Shown: piece after piece, positions 39,066 to 50,135 of the stretch
How the letters are laid out: every line of letters starts with the position of its first letter
Numbering within the stretch: the first letter of the stretch is position 1
Source: Syntrophorhabdaceae bacterium
GTDB taxonomy: Bacteria > Desulfobacterota > Syntrophorhabdia > Syntrophorhabdales > Syntrophorhabdaceae
Assembly: GCA_963666485.2 (NCBI GenBank)
Contig: CAXXUO010000009.1
Span: 128,001 to 192,000 of the forward strand
Length of the DNA stretch: 64,000 nucleotides
Direction: 5' to 3'
Notes under the pieces: model-generated
Seen by the model: only the letters and a program-made list of their open reading frames with translations
Told to the model about the DNA's origin: nothing
Database searches by the model: none
Made by a program: the position numbers and the translations under genes

Positions 39066-41195
39066 CTATTTTGACGTGATACCTGTAAGGTCGAACGAGA
39101 TCTTAAACGTGGTATCGTTCGGTCGTGTGGTCTGGGCAAGCCAAAACGTCGTCGACCAACACCCGGGCTTATATCTGAGCCAGTACCGGGTTTCAATGAA
39201 TTCCTGCTCAGTAAACTCATACCGCGCCTCGTATCCTCCCTCGAAGACTTTGTATTTTCCCATGACCGAAAGGGCGACCTGGTTCGATGTCCCGAAATAA
39301 ACAACGGTTCCCGATGTCGGGTCCGTGTATTGGCTGACGGTCTCACCCGTGTAGGGGTTCACGCCGTAGCCGTTTGAATAACTATGCGAAACCGCAATTC
39401 CCATTACGCCCGGGTATTGATACGATAATGAATGTCGCAAGAGTTTTGCGCCTTCGCCACTAACATTCCAGACGCCTTCGTGGCTAAAACCCAAATAGGT
39501 CAGGGGTTGTATCGTGAACCGGGTATCGATATTAGAGAAGCGCGAACCTGAACCCTTGTAGAGATCTGATGACTCGAGATTGCCTGAAATGCCGTATGTC
39601 TGAGATACTTCGAGAAGGGACACTTCGTTTTTCCCGCCGGCTTCAGTTTCTCCGTAAAAGTAATGATTGAAAGAATACGTTATGAGGTTCGTCTGGTTCA
39701 TCCGGTCATACGAGTCGATCTGGGGTACGTTCTTGTAGCCTGTCGTGGGAATGAACGTGTACCGCACCGCCGGTTTGATCACGCTGTGCATGGAATTCCA
39801 GGGCCCCCAACCGCCGAAATAGGTTCTCAAAAACTGCATGTTGAAATCGCCGTCAAGCCTGAACGTCTGGCGATGATTCGTATTCCCGTTCGATGTTTCA
39901 TCGGTGCGGTTGACAAGGTACCCGCTCTCGTACAAGGTTCCGCTAAAAAGAGTGTTGAGCCCCTTGTAGGAATAGGGAAGCCTGAGTGATGGATCTATGG
40001 TCATGCGTGTAAATGTCGCCCCCTTATCCCTGTAAAAATTGGTCAAAGAGCTGTTCAGGTCGACGTACATGCCCGTTCGGGGGATGGGGATATATTCGGT
40101 GAAGTATGTTATTTCCGGATAATACTGGAAAATCGTACTGTCATCTTGCATCAGCAGGTTGCGGAACTGACTGACCCCCCCTGTCAGCAGTGATTTCTTC
40201 AAGGGCTTCTCGAGGTACACGGTCGACTTGAGCTGGCTTTCAGCCCTCTCTGCCAGGGTCAGGCCGAAATCCTTGAGATAATCGTTGTCCGATACCTGCC
40301 ATATGTTCGCTTTGAATTTGAGGTCCTGGAAAAAGACCTGTTCATGGCTTATTTTATATTGATAGCGTGTGCCACCGTAATCGTCATCGCTGATAATACT
40401 GCCTTCCAATTGCCCCTTGAGATCTTCCCGGATAAAATACCGGTACTGGACGGTCGGCATATACCCGCGCATAGACATATACTCCACTGACATAGTCGCG
40501 TCGGTATCTTGCGATATCGCCCAGAAATAGGTAAGCTTGAACCGTGCCCCGTTAAAAGAGGAGAGTGCCATATCGGGCATAAGGAACCCTGATGACCTGT
40601 CCGTTTTTACGGGAAAAATGCCCCATGGGATATAAAAAACGGGAACGCCAAGGATGTGGAATGTCGTTGACCTGGTCTTTGCGTACCCCTGCACCGTGAT
40701 GTCTACATCATCTGAGGTAAAAGTCCATTCCGGTCTGTCCCAGCCGCATGTCGTGAATTTTCCCTTTTTGATCTTATACTGGGATTCCCCGGTTTTCTCT
40801 ATCTCCTGGCCATTGATGTAGACATTGCCTGTTTTGATAAAGACCCGGGCCTTTTCAAGGTCGCCTTTCTTCGTTTCCAGGTTGAGCTGCATGCGCTCGG
40901 CCTCTATCCGGTCGCCCATATCTTCGTAAATGACATTCCCTTGAGCAGTGACGTCCCTGGTGTTGTCGTCGAGAAACGCGTAATCGGCGTCAACCGTACG
41001 CGTCGCCTCCTTGATATGAACATTTCCGCGTGCCGTATAGGTGTTTGCCGCGCTGTCGTACTGGATCTCGTCGGCCGTGATCTCGATAGGCCCCTTGATC
41101 TCGTCCCTGCGAACACCGACCGTCTGCCCGTACACGAGGCAGGGGAAGACGGCCGCAAGTATCGCGATAAGGACAAAAAACCTAAAAGATGTCAT
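39066..41195 (-). CDS. lptD: LPS assembly outer-membrane protein
   Basis: Signal peptide, ITAD, FTTC, RSSGFLMP, SDNDYLKDF, beta-strand-rich C-terminus with conserved Cys. Confidence 0.85.
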   Translation of the reverse strand: MTSFRFFVLIAILAAVFPCLVYGQTVGVRRDEIKGPIEITADEIQYDSAANTYTARGNVHIKEATRTVDADYAFLDDNTRDVTAQGNVIYEDMGDRIEAERMQLNLETKKGDLEKARVFIKTGNVYINGQEIEKTGESQYKIKKGKFTTCGWDRPEWTFTSDDVDITVQGYAKTRSTTFHILGVPVFYIPWGIFPVKTDRSSGFLMPDMALSSFNGARFKLTYFWAISQDTDATMSVEYMSMRGYMPTVQYRYFIREDLKGQLEGSIISDDDYGGTRYQYKISHEQVFFQDLKFKANIWQVSDNDYLKDFGLTLAERAESQLKSTVYLEKPLKKSLLTGGVSQFRNLLMQDDSTIFQYYPEITYFTEYIPIPRTGMYVDLNSSLTNFYRDKGATFTRMTIDPSLRLPYSYKGLNTLFSGTLYESGYLVNRTDETSNGNTNHRQTFRLDGDFNMQFLRTYFGGWGPWNSMHSVIKPAVRYTFIPTTGYKNVPQIDSYDRMNQTNLITYSFNHYFYGETEAGGKNEVSLLEVSQTYGISGNLESSDLYKGSGSRFSNIDTRFTIQPLTYLGFSHEGVWNVSGEGAKLLRHSLSYQYPGVMGIAVSHSYSNGYGVNPYTGETVSQYTDPTSGTVVYFGTSNQVALSVMGKYKVFEGGYEARYEFTEQEFIETRYWLRYKPGCWSTTFWLAQTTRPNDTTFKISFDLTGITSK

Positions 41196-42453
41196 TGACA
41201 GCCTGTTTGGCCTCTCCGATGGTGTAGAGTGAACCCGTCACGAGGATCAGGCCACTGTCGCCTGCAATTTGCCGGGCCCTCGCGAGGGCACTGCGCATAT
41301 CCGTTGCTACGACGGAGTTTCGCGCAACATTTCTCAGAACGGCCGTATCGAGCGCCCGGTCCGTCCGCGGCCGCATCAGGATCGCGAGATCGATGCTGTC
41401 ATTGAGCGATTCGAGCATTTTGCGATACTCTTTGTCCCGCATAACGCCGAATATCATGACCTTCCTGCGGTCCCGGTACTGTGTGCGGATAAAATGGCGC
41501 AACGCCCGGGCCCCTGATGCATTGTGCGCCCCGTCGAATATGATAAGCGGTCTCTCCCGCACCGTTTCGAGACGGCCCTGCCATGCGACCGAGGAAAGCG
41601 CCGCCCTTATCCTGTCTTCCCCGATATCCCAGCCGAGCCCGTCGAGAACGTCCACGGCACACAGGGCAACCGCGGCATTTGACAGTTGGTGATCGCCGCT
41701 CAAATTAACGAAAAGGTCTTTCATTGTGTGCTTCAGGCCCCGGTACGACATCCGGTTCCGGCCGGATTTCCTGAACGAAAAGTCCCTGCCGAGGACGTGC
41801 ACGGTGCTCCCGTTATCGCCGGCCGTCTTCTCGACGACCTCGCGGGCCTTGCGCCGGGCACCCGTGATAACGGGTATTCCCTTTTTGATAATGCCGGCTT
41901 TTTCGCCCGCAATCTCCGTTATCGTCCCGCCTAATTCTCTCATATGATCAAATGAGATGTTTGTTATCACGCTTACGATGGGTTCGAGCACGTTCGTCGA
42001 GTCGAGCCGGCCCCCGAGCCCCGTTTCAACGACCGCAATGTGGACTTTCTTCCGCCTGAAATACTCGAATGCCATTGCGGTGGTAAAGTCAAAGAAGGTG
42101 TAGAAACCCCCGGGATACTCCCGGGCAGCACGTTCTCTTATGTGGCCGGTGAGCAAGGCCACATCTTTTTCCGTTATCTCTTCCTCGTTTACCGTGATGC
42201 GTTCCGTAAACGAAACGAGGTGGGGCGACGTGTATTTGCCGACGCGATACCCGGCCTCCTTCAGGATGCAGGAGATCATCGTCGCAACAGATCCCTTGCC
42301 GTTCGTCCCCGCAATGTGTATCGACCGGAACGACCGGTGTGGGTCACCCAGGGACCCGAGGAGCCTCGTTATATTGTCGAGCCCGAAAACTGAGCCGAAT
42401 TTTTCAAGGCCGTATAGATATCCTAAAGAGTCTTCATAGCCGGGGTCATTCAT
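41182..42453 (-). CDS. folC: Dihydrofolate/folylpolyglutamate synthase
   Basis: HIAGTNGKGS, YTSPHL, ETGLGGRLDSTN, EKAGIIK, DGAHN. Confidence 0.96.
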   Translation of the reverse strand: MNDPGYEDSLGYLYGLEKFGSVFGLDNITRLLGSLGDPHRSFRSIHIAGTNGKGSVATMISCILKEAGYRVGKYTSPHLVSFTERITVNEEEITEKDVALLTGHIRERAAREYPGGFYTFFDFTTAMAFEYFRRKKVHIAVVETGLGGRLDSTNVLEPIVSVITNISFDHMRELGGTITEIAGEKAGIIKKGIPVITGARRKAREVVEKTAGDNGSTVHVLGRDFSFRKSGRNRMSYRGLKHTMKDLFVNLSGDHQLSNAAVALCAVDVLDGLGWDIGEDRIRAALSSVAWQGRLETVRERPLIIFDGAHNASGARALRHFIRTQYRDRRKVMIFGVMRDKEYRKMLESLNDSIDLAILMRPRTDRALDTAVLRNVARNSVVATDMRSALARARQIAGDSGLILVTGSLYTIGEAKQAVNDIF

Positions 42454-43313
42454 GTAATCAGGGAGAGCAGGGTATAGAGTGTCTGCTTGAGCTCCTTCCG
42501 GGACGAGATCATGTCGATCATGCCATGCTCAAGCAGGTATTCTGCCCGTTGGAACCCCGGCGGCAACTTCGCCTTTATCGTTTCCTTGATGACCCTCTCC
42601 CCGGCAAAGCCTATCATCGCTTTTGGCTCAGCAATTATGATATCGCCGAGCATCCCCATGCTCGCGGATACCCCCCCGAGGGTGGGGTCGGTAAGTATCG
42701 TTATGTAGGGCACGTTGCTGCTCTTGAGGTTATAGATCGCGCCGGAGACCTTCGACATCTGCATCAGTGACATGATGCCTTCCTGCATCCTTGCGCCGCC
42801 GGAGGAGCAGAAAAGAATGACGGGCAGCTTCTGTTTCGCCCCTTCTTCGAGGATACGGGTGATCTTTTCTCCGACAACGCTCCCGAGGCTGCCGCCCATG
42901 AAACTGAAATCGAAGATGGCCGTCAGGACGGGAATACCCCCTATTTTAGCGCTTCCGCAAACAAGCGCATCCCGCCGGCTGGACGTCTCCTGGGTCTCCG
43001 CAAGTCTTACTTTGTATGGCTTTGTATCTTTAAACTTGAGAAAATCGACGGGCTCGACACGCTCATAAAATTCGGTGAAACTGCCTTTATCAAAGGTAAG
43101 TGCGATCCTGTTATCAACCGATATCGGAAAATGGTAGAAACACTTCGGGCAGACGTGCCGGTTCCGTTCAACCTCTTTCCTGTACAGGAGTTCCTGGCAG
43201 GAATTGCATTTTCTCCAGAGGGACTCTTCTTTTTCCGCTTTCGCGATCTCTTTCTGGATATCTATTTCACGGTAGGGCTTCTTGTCTTTATCCCGTTTTT
43301 TGAATAATCCCAT
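42450..43313 (-). CDS. accD: Acetyl-CoA carboxylase carboxyltransferase beta subunit
   Basis: Zn ribbon CNSC/CPKC, FMGGSLG, SGGARMQEG, GFAG, GFQRAE. Confidence 0.96.
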   Translation of the reverse strand: MGLFKKRDKDKKPYREIDIQKEIAKAEKEESLWRKCNSCQELLYRKEVERNRHVCPKCFYHFPISVDNRIALTFDKGSFTEFYERVEPVDFLKFKDTKPYKVRLAETQETSSRRDALVCGSAKIGGIPVLTAIFDFSFMGGSLGSVVGEKITRILEEGAKQKLPVILFCSSGGARMQEGIMSLMQMSKVSGAIYNLKSSNVPYITILTDPTLGGVSASMGMLGDIIIAEPKAMIGFAGERVIKETIKAKLPPGFQRAEYLLEHGMIDMISSRKELKQTLYTLLSLIT

Positions 43314-43357
43314 TACTTTTCCTGTTGAATTTTTGCTAGAAAACTACCAAAATAAGT

Positions 43358-43987
43358 ATGTATATGTCAATAGAAAGGGTCACCATAGGCTCCGACAACG
43401 ACCTTGAAGGGATGCTCCGTTTTCAGAGCAAAAAGGCGGGCGTGGTCATTTGCCACCCTCATCCCCTCTATGGCGGCAACATGTACAATAATGTCGTAAG
43501 CGCCATTGAGGACGGGTACTCGGCACAGGGTTTCAGCACGCTCATATTCAATTTCCGGGGGGTCGGGAACTCCCGGGGAGAATACGACGAGGGCGAGGGC
43601 GAGGTCACGGACGCAACGGCCGCGTATAAATACCTCGCGAAGCATCTCGACGATGATGCCAGGATCACGCTGGCAGGCTATTCTTTCGGCGCCTGGGTCA
43701 TCTCCCGGTCAGCCCTCGAGATAGAGCGTTTTGACAGTCTTTTTCTCGTTTCCTTCCCCTGCCTGATATACAAGTACGAACATCTCATGAATTTCAACAA
43801 GGAGATCATCATTGTCGGCGGGACATACGATGACATCGCGCCGATGGACGACCTCTACGAGCTTTACCAGCACCTGCCCACAAAAGACAAACATCTCAAG
43901 GTCATAAATACCACCCATTTCTATGCAGGCAAAGAAATAGAACTTATAGATTTCATAAAGGAAACAATACCAAAGATCAGGCGATAG
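43358..43987 (+). CDS. Alpha/beta hydrolase
   Basis: CHPHPLYGG, FNFRGVG, GYSFG nucleophile elbow, HFY. Confidence 0.9.
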   Translation: MYMSIERVTIGSDNDLEGMLRFQSKKAGVVICHPHPLYGGNMYNNVVSAIEDGYSAQGFSTLIFNFRGVGNSRGEYDEGEGEVTDATAAYKYLAKHLDDDARITLAGYSFGAWVISRSALEIERFDSLFLVSFPCLIYKYEHLMNFNKEIIIVGGTYDDIAPMDDLYELYQHLPTKDKHLKVINTTHFYAGKEIELIDFIKETIPKIRR

Positions 43988-44094
43988 GCGATGGGCAATA
44001 GGCGATGGGGGCCCCCTCTTCATCTTATGACCCATTACCGATCTGCTCGTATTTTCGCCACCTATCGCCCATCGCCCATCGCCCATCGCCCATC
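43979..44094. repeat. Inverted heptamer element, GGCGATR family
   Basis: AGGCGATAGGCGATGGGCAATAGGCGATGG ... CCTATCG(CCCATCG)3. Confidence 0.9.
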
Positions 44095-44258
44095 TTCTTG
44101 AATACATACCCTCTTTTGTGTTAACTTGCTATGTAGAATCCTGCGGGTTACGACAGTTACGAAAACTGTAAAGACAGTGATCTCCCCATTACAATACATG
44201 ATGTCGTAAGCTGCCAACCGGCAAGGATTACTCTTGATTTCAGCAAGGACCGCCCGTT

Positions 44259-47015
44259 ATGGACTATAAAGATACTTTGAATCTTCCAAAAACCCCTTTT
44301 CCGATGAGAGGGAACCTCCCGGTCAAGGAAAAAGATCTGCTTGCACGCTGGCAGGAGATAGAACTCTATAAAAAACTGGTCGAGGCCGGCAAAGATAAAC
44401 CGAAATTCATCCTTCACGACGGGCCTCCGTACGCCAACGGCAATATCCACCTCGGCACGGCCCTTAACAAGATCCTCAAGGACATTATCGTCAAGTCGAA
44501 GTTCATGATGGGTTACAGGGCGGATTACGTCCCCGGCTGGGACTGCCACGGCCTTCCCATAGAGCACCAGGTGGAGAAGAACGTGAAGCAAAAAAAACTC
44601 GAGCTTTCCAAGCTCGAGACCCGCAGGGAGTGCCGGGACTACGCCCGGGGATTCATCGACATCCAACGGGAGGAATTCAAAAGGCTCGGCGGGATCGGCG
44701 ACTGGGACCACCCGTATATAACCATGGATTTCGATTACCAGGCGACGATCATCGAAGAGGCTGCGAAATTCTTCCTGCGGGGCGAGGTGTACCGGAAAAA
44801 GAAACCGGTCCACTGGTGCGTGAGCTGCATGACGGCGCTTGCGGAGGCCGAGATCGAGTATGACAACAAGAAGTCCAGCTCCATATACGTAAAATTTCCT
44901 TATACGGGTGACCGCTCGCCCGTTTTCGAAGGCTACCCGGATAAGCCCATCTACATGCTCATCTGGACGACCACCCCGTGGACACTCCCCGCAAACCTCG
45001 CGATAGCGATACATCCTGATTTCACATATGTCGCCGTCGAAACCGATAAAGAGATATTTATCGCCCTCAAGGACCTCGTCGAGGACATCATGGGGCGGGC
45101 GGGAATATCCGGATATCGCATCATAGGGGAGATCTCGCCCCAGGTGCTCAAGGGGCTTACTTTCAAACACCCGTTCATCGACAGGCAATCGGTCATCGTT
45201 TTTGCTGACTATGTCGCGGCCGATACCGGTACGGGCTCGGTCCACACCGCTCCCGGCCACGGGGAGGAAGACTACGAGACCGGCCTCGAATATGGCCTTG
45301 ACATTTATTCCCCGGTCAATGAAAAGGGCGCATTCATCGACGAAGTGGAGTTTTTCAAGGGTATGAACGTGTTCGATGCCAATCCGAAGGTCATCGAGAA
45401 GCTGAAAGAGCTCGGGCTTCTTTTGCATACAGAGGAGATAGAGCATTCATACCCGCATTGCTGGCGCTGCAAAAAACCCGTCATTTTCCGGGCAACCGAA
45501 CAATGGTTCGTTTCCATGGACAGCCATGGCTTGAGGCAAAAAGGGCTTGCCGAGGTCGACAGGACGCGCTGGATCCCCTCATGGGGGCGCGACCGGATAT
45601 ATAACATGTTATCAATGCGCCCCGACTGGTGCATCTCGCGTCAGCGCACGTGGGGCATCCCGATCACGATATTCTATTGCGAAAAATGCCGTGAACCCTT
45701 CTGGAGCGAAGAATCGTTCGCAAAGGTCGTGTCGGCTGTCAGGGAATCAGGCGCCGACGTATGGTTCGACAAGGATGCCGGTCATTTCCTGCCGGAAGGG
45801 ACGAAATGCAGCCGCTGCGGCAACACGGGCTTCTCGAAGGAAATGGACATTCTCGACGTCTGGTTCGATTCCGGGGTGAGCTGGGCGGCCGTCTGCAAAA
45901 AAAGGCCGGAGCTCGCATACCCTGCCGACCTGTACCTCGAGGGCAGCGACCAGCACCGCGGATGGTTCCACAGTTCGCTCCTCACATCTGTCGCCAACGA
46001 AGGCCACGCGCCCTATAAAGCGGTTTTGACGCACGGGTTCGTCGTGGACGGGTCGGGCCGGAAAATGTCGAAATCACTGGGCAACGTCATTGTCCCCAAC
46101 GAGATCATCGACAAGTTCGGCGCGGAAATATTGAGGCTCTGGGTAACGTACGAGGATTACCGTGACGATATAAAGATCTCGAAGGATATTATCAACAGGC
46201 TCATCGAGACATACCGCCGGATCAGGAATACCCTGCGGTTCCTGCATGCCAATATCAACGACGATTTCGAGCCCGGCCGGGACAGTGTGCCGTATGAAAA
46301 GATGTCGCTCCTCGACAAATGGCTCCTGTCGCGGCTCATGAGGCTTATCGAACGCGTCGGCGATTCGTACAACAATTACACATTCCATGCCATCTACCAT
46401 GCCATTCACAATTTCTGCACGGTCGACTTAAGCGCGCTCTACCTCGACATCGTCAAGGACAGGATATACGTAGAGTACAAGGATGCCGGAAAAAGACGGG
46501 CGTCGCAGACGGTCGTATACCAGACATTGATAGCGCTCGTAAAATTGATAGCCCCCGTCCTTTCCACGACCGCCGACGAGATGTGGTCGTATCTCAAGGG
46601 ATACGTGCCGGAAGAAAGCGTGTTCCTCGCGCCTTTCCCGACCGCGGACAAGAACCTTATCGACAGCTCGATCGAAGAATTGTGGGACAGGGTCTGGAAG
46701 GTCCGGGAGTTGGCCAACAAGAAGATCGAAGAGAAACGTACCGCGAAAGAGATCGGCCATTCCCTCGATACGAAGATAATTATCGATGCCCCGGCCGAGG
46801 ACCTTAAAGCCCTTCGCGAACTCGGGGACGAGCTCAAAGATGTTTTCATCGTTTCGCAGATAGAGATACGCGAGGCACAAGAGCTCGACGTGACAGTGGT
46901 GCGGGCGGAAGGCGAAAAATGTGAGCGCTGCTGGCAATATGATACGAACATTTTGAAGGACGGGAAATTCCCGAACGTGTGCAAGCGATGCGCAGATACG
47001 CTTTCCTTGCTCTGA
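44259..47015 (+). CDS. ileS: Isoleucine--tRNA ligase
   Basis: [51 protein letters not shown]-terminal Zn finger. Confidence 0.99.
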   Translation: MDYKDTLNLPKTPFPMRGNLPVKEKDLLARWQEIELYKKLVEAGKDKPKFILHDGPPYANGNIHLGTALNKILKDIIVKSKFMMGYRADYVPGWDCHGLPIEHQVEKNVKQKKLELSKLETRRECRDYARGFIDIQREEFKRLGGIGDWDHPYITMDFDYQATIIEEAAKFFLRGEVYRKKKPVHWCVSCMTALAEAEIEYDNKKSSSIYVKFPYTGDRSPVFEGYPDKPIYMLIWTTTPWTLPANLAIAIHPDFTYVAVETDKEIFIALKDLVEDIMGRAGISGYRIIGEISPQVLKGLTFKHPFIDRQSVIVFADYVAADTGTGSVHTAPGHGEEDYETGLEYGLDIYSPVNEKGAFIDEVEFFKGMNVFDANPKVIEKLKELGLLLHTEEIEHSYPHCWRCKKPVIFRATEQWFVSMDSHGLRQKGLAEVDRTRWIPSWGRDRIYNMLSMRPDWCISRQRTWGIPITIFYCEKCREPFWSEESFAKVVSAVRESGADVWFDKDAGHFLPEGTKCSRCGNTGFSKEMDILDVWFDSGVSWAAVCKKRPELAYPADLYLEGSDQHRGWFHSSLLTSVANEGHAPYKAVLTHGFVVDGSGRKMSKSLGNVIVPNEIIDKFGAEILRLWVTYEDYRDDIKISKDIINRLIETYRRIRNTLRFLHANINDDFEPGRDSVPYEKMSLLDKWLLSRLMRLIERVGDSYNNYTFHAIYHAIHNFCTVDLSALYLDIVKDRIYVEYKDAGKRRASQTVVYQTLIALVKLIAPVLSTTADEMWSYLKGYVPEESVFLAPFPTADKNLIDSSIEELWDRVWKVRELANKKIEEKRTAKEIGHSLDTKIIIDAPAEDLKALRELGDELKDVFIVSQIEIREAQELDVTVVRAEGEKCERCWQYDTNILKDGKFPNVCKRCADTLSLL

Positions 47016-47464
47016 TCCCCATCCTTTTTGCGCTCGACAGGGTGACGAAATATATCATCATGCAGGACCTCCCCATAATGGGCGAGGTCAAGATCACATC
47101 TTTCTTTTCGATAGTGCACGTCAGGAACTTAGGCGGAGTCTTCGGCATACTTAACCAGGGCGGATACGCCAAATACCTGTTCCTCGTCGTCCCGTCCCTT
47201 GTGGCGATCGTACTCATATATATATTGATACGGTATACGATGAGCGATGCCAGAACGCTGGCATTGTCCCTTGTGCTTGCCGGGGCCCTCGGCAACATCT
47301 ACGACAGGTTCTTCTACGGCAGTGTCGTTGATTTTCTCGATTTCTATTACGGAAGGCATCACTGGCCGGCGTTCAATGTCGCCGATATCGCGGTCTCGGT
47401 CGGTATCGGCCTTATCGTGCTCCTCGAGATCATTGCCGGAAAAAAACCCCAACACGGAAGCTGA
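46988..47464 (+). CDS. lspA: Lipoprotein signal peptidase
   Basis: [28 protein letters not shown]; follows ileS. Confidence 0.95.
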   Translation: MRRYAFLALIPILFALDRVTKYIIMQDLPIMGEVKITSFFSIVHVRNLGGVFGILNQGGYAKYLFLVVPSLVAIVLIYILIRYTMSDARTLALSLVLAGALGNIYDRFFYGSVVDFLDFYYGRHHWPAFNVADIAVSVGIGLIVLLEIIAGKKPQHGS

Positions 47465-47488
47465 CATTTCAGCGTCCTTTACATCACT

Positions 47489-47719
47489 ATGGATGACCTC
47501 TTAAACGAGGAACGCAAGATACGCAGGCTTCGGTTTGTCGTAGATTTTGCGCTTGAATTTATACGGACGCAGGACATACCCCACGAAACAGCCATCGGGA
47601 TAATAGAAGGTGTCCGCAAGCAGGCCTTAAGGCTCTTCCCCGGAAAAGAAGAGACATTCGATCTGGTCTACGCGCCACGGTTTAAAAGGTTGTTGAATGA
47701 GAAATATAAAAGAAGCTAA
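47489..47719 (+). CDS. Small hypothetical protein
   Basis: Clean 76-aa ORF filling the gap: EERKIRRLRFVVD...LFPGKEETFDLVYAPRFKRL. Confidence 0.7.
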   Translation: MDDLLNEERKIRRLRFVVDFALEFIRTQDIPHETAIGIIEGVRKQALRLFPGKEETFDLVYAPRFKRLLNEKYKRS

Positions 47720-47796
47720 GCTATGGGCGATTGGCTATAGGTGATAGGGTGATTTGCGTGTTTTCCTATAGCCCATTGCCCATTGCCTGTCGCCCG
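47714..47796. repeat. Degenerate inverted heptamer element, GGCGATR family
   Basis: GCTATGGGCGATTGGCTATAGG ... CCTATAGCCCATTGCCCATTGCCTGTCGCCC. Confidence 0.8.
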
Positions 47797-47800
47797 TTTC

Positions 47801-48916
47801 TTATTTAAATATTTTCTTAAACCCCTCCTTTATCCCTTCCCCGACCTTCTTCGTCCCCTCCGTGCCGACACCGAAGATGGAGCCTCCGATATCCTTGACT
47901 GAAATGCCCAGTTTGTCGGCAATACCGAATGACAGTTTCGCCATGAAATTTTCGGCTATATTGAATTTCGGGTTGTCGAGGTCCCCTGACACGACAAAAT
48001 CGATGGGCAGCTGATCCCCGCTTTTTTTCATGAATCCAAGGACCGTCGATGCCGGGACGCCCATGAACTGGTCCCCGAAGCCGGACCCGGTCTCGAGCTC
48101 GAGGCTCTTTATTACCGCGTGACCTGGCGCGTTGATCTTCCGCTTCACGACCTTCGCCCGCACGTCAAGGTCCATAAACCCCCTTTTGACATGGACGCTT
48201 TTCGCCTGCTTGTCATAGTACGGCTTGAAATGCGTTATATCGAGGTTCCTGACATTCGACACCGACTCTACATCCTGGGAAGCGAATTTTATACTGCCTT
48301 CGCTTTTTATGCTGGCGGTGCTTTTGCCTGTCGGGACATGGGCCTGAAAAGAATATTTCGTGGGATCGTTTGTAAAGGGGAAAGTAAGACGGTCCATCTT
48401 CATGTTTATATCCCGTACCTTCGTCAGCACAGGCACACGGGGCGTCTTCCGATCGAGATAATCCACGGCACCATCAACGATCTCGATCTTTTCAAACGTG
48501 ACCGGTCCAACCGGCGCCTCTTTCCTGGACGGTTTTTTTTCGTCACCGGGGAATGCGGGGCTTATGAGATTACCCTTGTTGTCAACCTCGACATACATAT
48601 ACGGCTTTTCAAGCTTCAGGCTCGAGATTATGTACTTCTCCCGGAAGATGTTCATGAAATCCCCGCGCACCATGAGTTCCCCGACATGGATCACCTCTTT
48701 CCCTGTCTTGTTCTTCATGACAACATTCCTGGCACGGACACTCCCCCATTTGATATCGATGCTCTCGATCGAAAAGTCCTTCCCCAGCACTTTTTCAACG
48801 CCAGCCTTCGCGATAACGTTGGCATACCTGAGCAACGCCAGACCGGTAATGATAGATACACAGACAAAGATCGCTACCAGTATCAGGGTAATTTTCGATC
48901 TTCGTGTCATGTTCAC
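47801..48916 (-). CDS. AsmA-like / DUF748 family envelope protein
   Basis: N-terminal TM anchor, beta-rich body, VSGDLDNPKF. Confidence 0.7.
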   Translation of the reverse strand: MNMTRRSKITLILVAIFVCVSIITGLALLRYANVIAKAGVEKVLGKDFSIESIDIKWGSVRARNVVMKNKTGKEVIHVGELMVRGDFMNIFREKYIISSLKLEKPYMYVEVDNKGNLISPAFPGDEKKPSRKEAPVGPVTFEKIEIVDGAVDYLDRKTPRVPVLTKVRDINMKMDRLTFPFTNDPTKYSFQAHVPTGKSTASIKSEGSIKFASQDVESVSNVRNLDITHFKPYYDKQAKSVHVKRGFMDLDVRAKVVKRKINAPGHAVIKSLELETGSGFGDQFMGVPASTVLGFMKKSGDQLPIDFVVSGDLDNPKFNIAENFMAKLSFGIADKLGISVKDIGGSIFGVGTEGTKKVGEGIKEGFKKIFK

Positions 48917-48997
48917 ATCCTGCGGAGAATATTCTATACTAATTTAAGTATACAGCACCGAATGAGAGAATCAAGATTCCGGTCAAGGAGGACACCG

Positions 48998-49312
48998 ATG
49001 TCGATATTATTTGAGTTTGCCATGTTCCCCACCGATAAAGGCGAAAGCGTAAGCCCGTATGTTTCCCGGCTTCTCACCGTTATTGACGACAGCGCCGCCG
49101 AATACAGGCTCACCCCCATGGGAACAATAGTGGAAGTGGAAACGATGGACGAGGCTTTGTCGATCATCAAGAAATGCTACGAACAACTTGAGCCCGATTG
49201 TGCCCGGATCTATTCGGCCGTCAAGTTCGATATCCGGAAAGGCCCCATCGGGAGAATGGAAGGGAAAGTGGCATCCGTTGAGGCGAAAGCGGGAAGGAAG
49301 CTGAAAAAATAA
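48998..49312 (+). CDS. MTH1187/YkoF family thiamine-binding protein
   Basis: MSILFEFAMFPTDKGESVSPYV, YRLTPMGT, KFDIR, KVASV; SD AGGAGG. Confidence 0.88.
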   Translation: MSILFEFAMFPTDKGESVSPYVSRLLTVIDDSAAEYRLTPMGTIVEVETMDEALSIIKKCYEQLEPDCARIYSAVKFDIRKGPIGRMEGKVASVEAKAGRKLKK

Positions 49313-49316
49313 TGTT

Positions 49317-49411
49317 AAAAAGGGTTCAAAGTTCAAGGTTCAAGGTAAAAACTCATCCTCGCCTTTTCTTTGAACCTTGAACCTTGAACCTTGAACTTTG
49401 AACCATTTTTT
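49317..49411. repeat. Inverted heptamer element, (R)GTTCAA family
   Basis: GGTTCAAAGTTCAAGGTTCAAGG ... (TTGAACY)5 then a T-run. Confidence 0.9.
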
Positions 49412-49474
49412 ATTGACAGTCCTGCACGATGAAAGCTTAAAATAAAACAAAGTTATAAAAGCAGGAGGTGTTTT

Positions 49475-50101
49475 ATTCCTAAGATCTTCACGCCGTCAAA
49501 GGTGATCGCTATCGGCCTTAATTATCGCGACCACGCAAAAGAGCTCAATATGCCGATCCCCGATTACCCTATCGTCTTCATGAAACCCCCGACATCCGTG
49601 ATTGAGGATGGCGATGACATCATCTATCCTTCCCAGACGAAGGAGCTTCATTACGAAGGCGAGCTCGGCATTGTCATCGCAGGGCAGGCAAAGAATGTTT
49701 CCGCCCCGGATGCCCACCGGTACATTGCGGGATTTACATGCGCCAACGATGTGACGGCACGCGACCTGCAGCGCATGGATGGGCAGTGGACGCGGGCGAA
49801 GTCCTTTGACACGTTCTGCCCTCTGGGGCCGCGGATCGTTAAAGACATAGACCCGCAGAACCTCGGGATCGAGACCCGGGTCAACGGGCAGGTGCGGCAA
49901 CGCTCGACCACGGCCAATATGATATTCAGCGTTTACGAGCTCGTCGCATTCGTTTCGGGGATCATGACGCTCCTGCCGGGAGACGTTATAATAACGGGGA
50001 CCCCGCCGGGCGTCGGCCCCCTTGATCCCGGGGACATCGTCGAGATAGATATAGAGAACATAGGAGTGCTGAAAAATAAGGTCCGCCCGGCCGAACTGTA
50101 A
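49475..50101 (+). CDS. Fumarylacetoacetate hydrolase family protein (possible AUU start; first canonical start is GTG 49502)
   Basis: PSKVIAIGLNYRDH, HYEGEL, NDVTARD, KSFDTF, GDVIITGTP. Confidence 0.88.
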   Translation: MPKIFTPSKVIAIGLNYRDHAKELNMPIPDYPIVFMKPPTSVIEDGDDIIYPSQTKELHYEGELGIVIAGQAKNVSAPDAHRYIAGFTCANDVTARDLQRMDGQWTRAKSFDTFCPLGPRIVKDIDPQNLGIETRVNGQVRQRSTTANMIFSVYELVAFVSGIMTLLPGDVIITGTPPGVGPLDPGDIVEIDIENIGVLKNKVRPAEL

Positions 50102-50135
50102 ATAAAGCCCGGCGGCATAGCCTAAAGGAGCGCAT

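Noticed and set aside
44157..45446. Long antisense ORFs (429 aa opposite ileS; also 11971-13209, 48119-48997 and others)
   Set aside because: Shadow ORFs of GC-rich coding strands, fully overlapping well-supported genes, with no motifs
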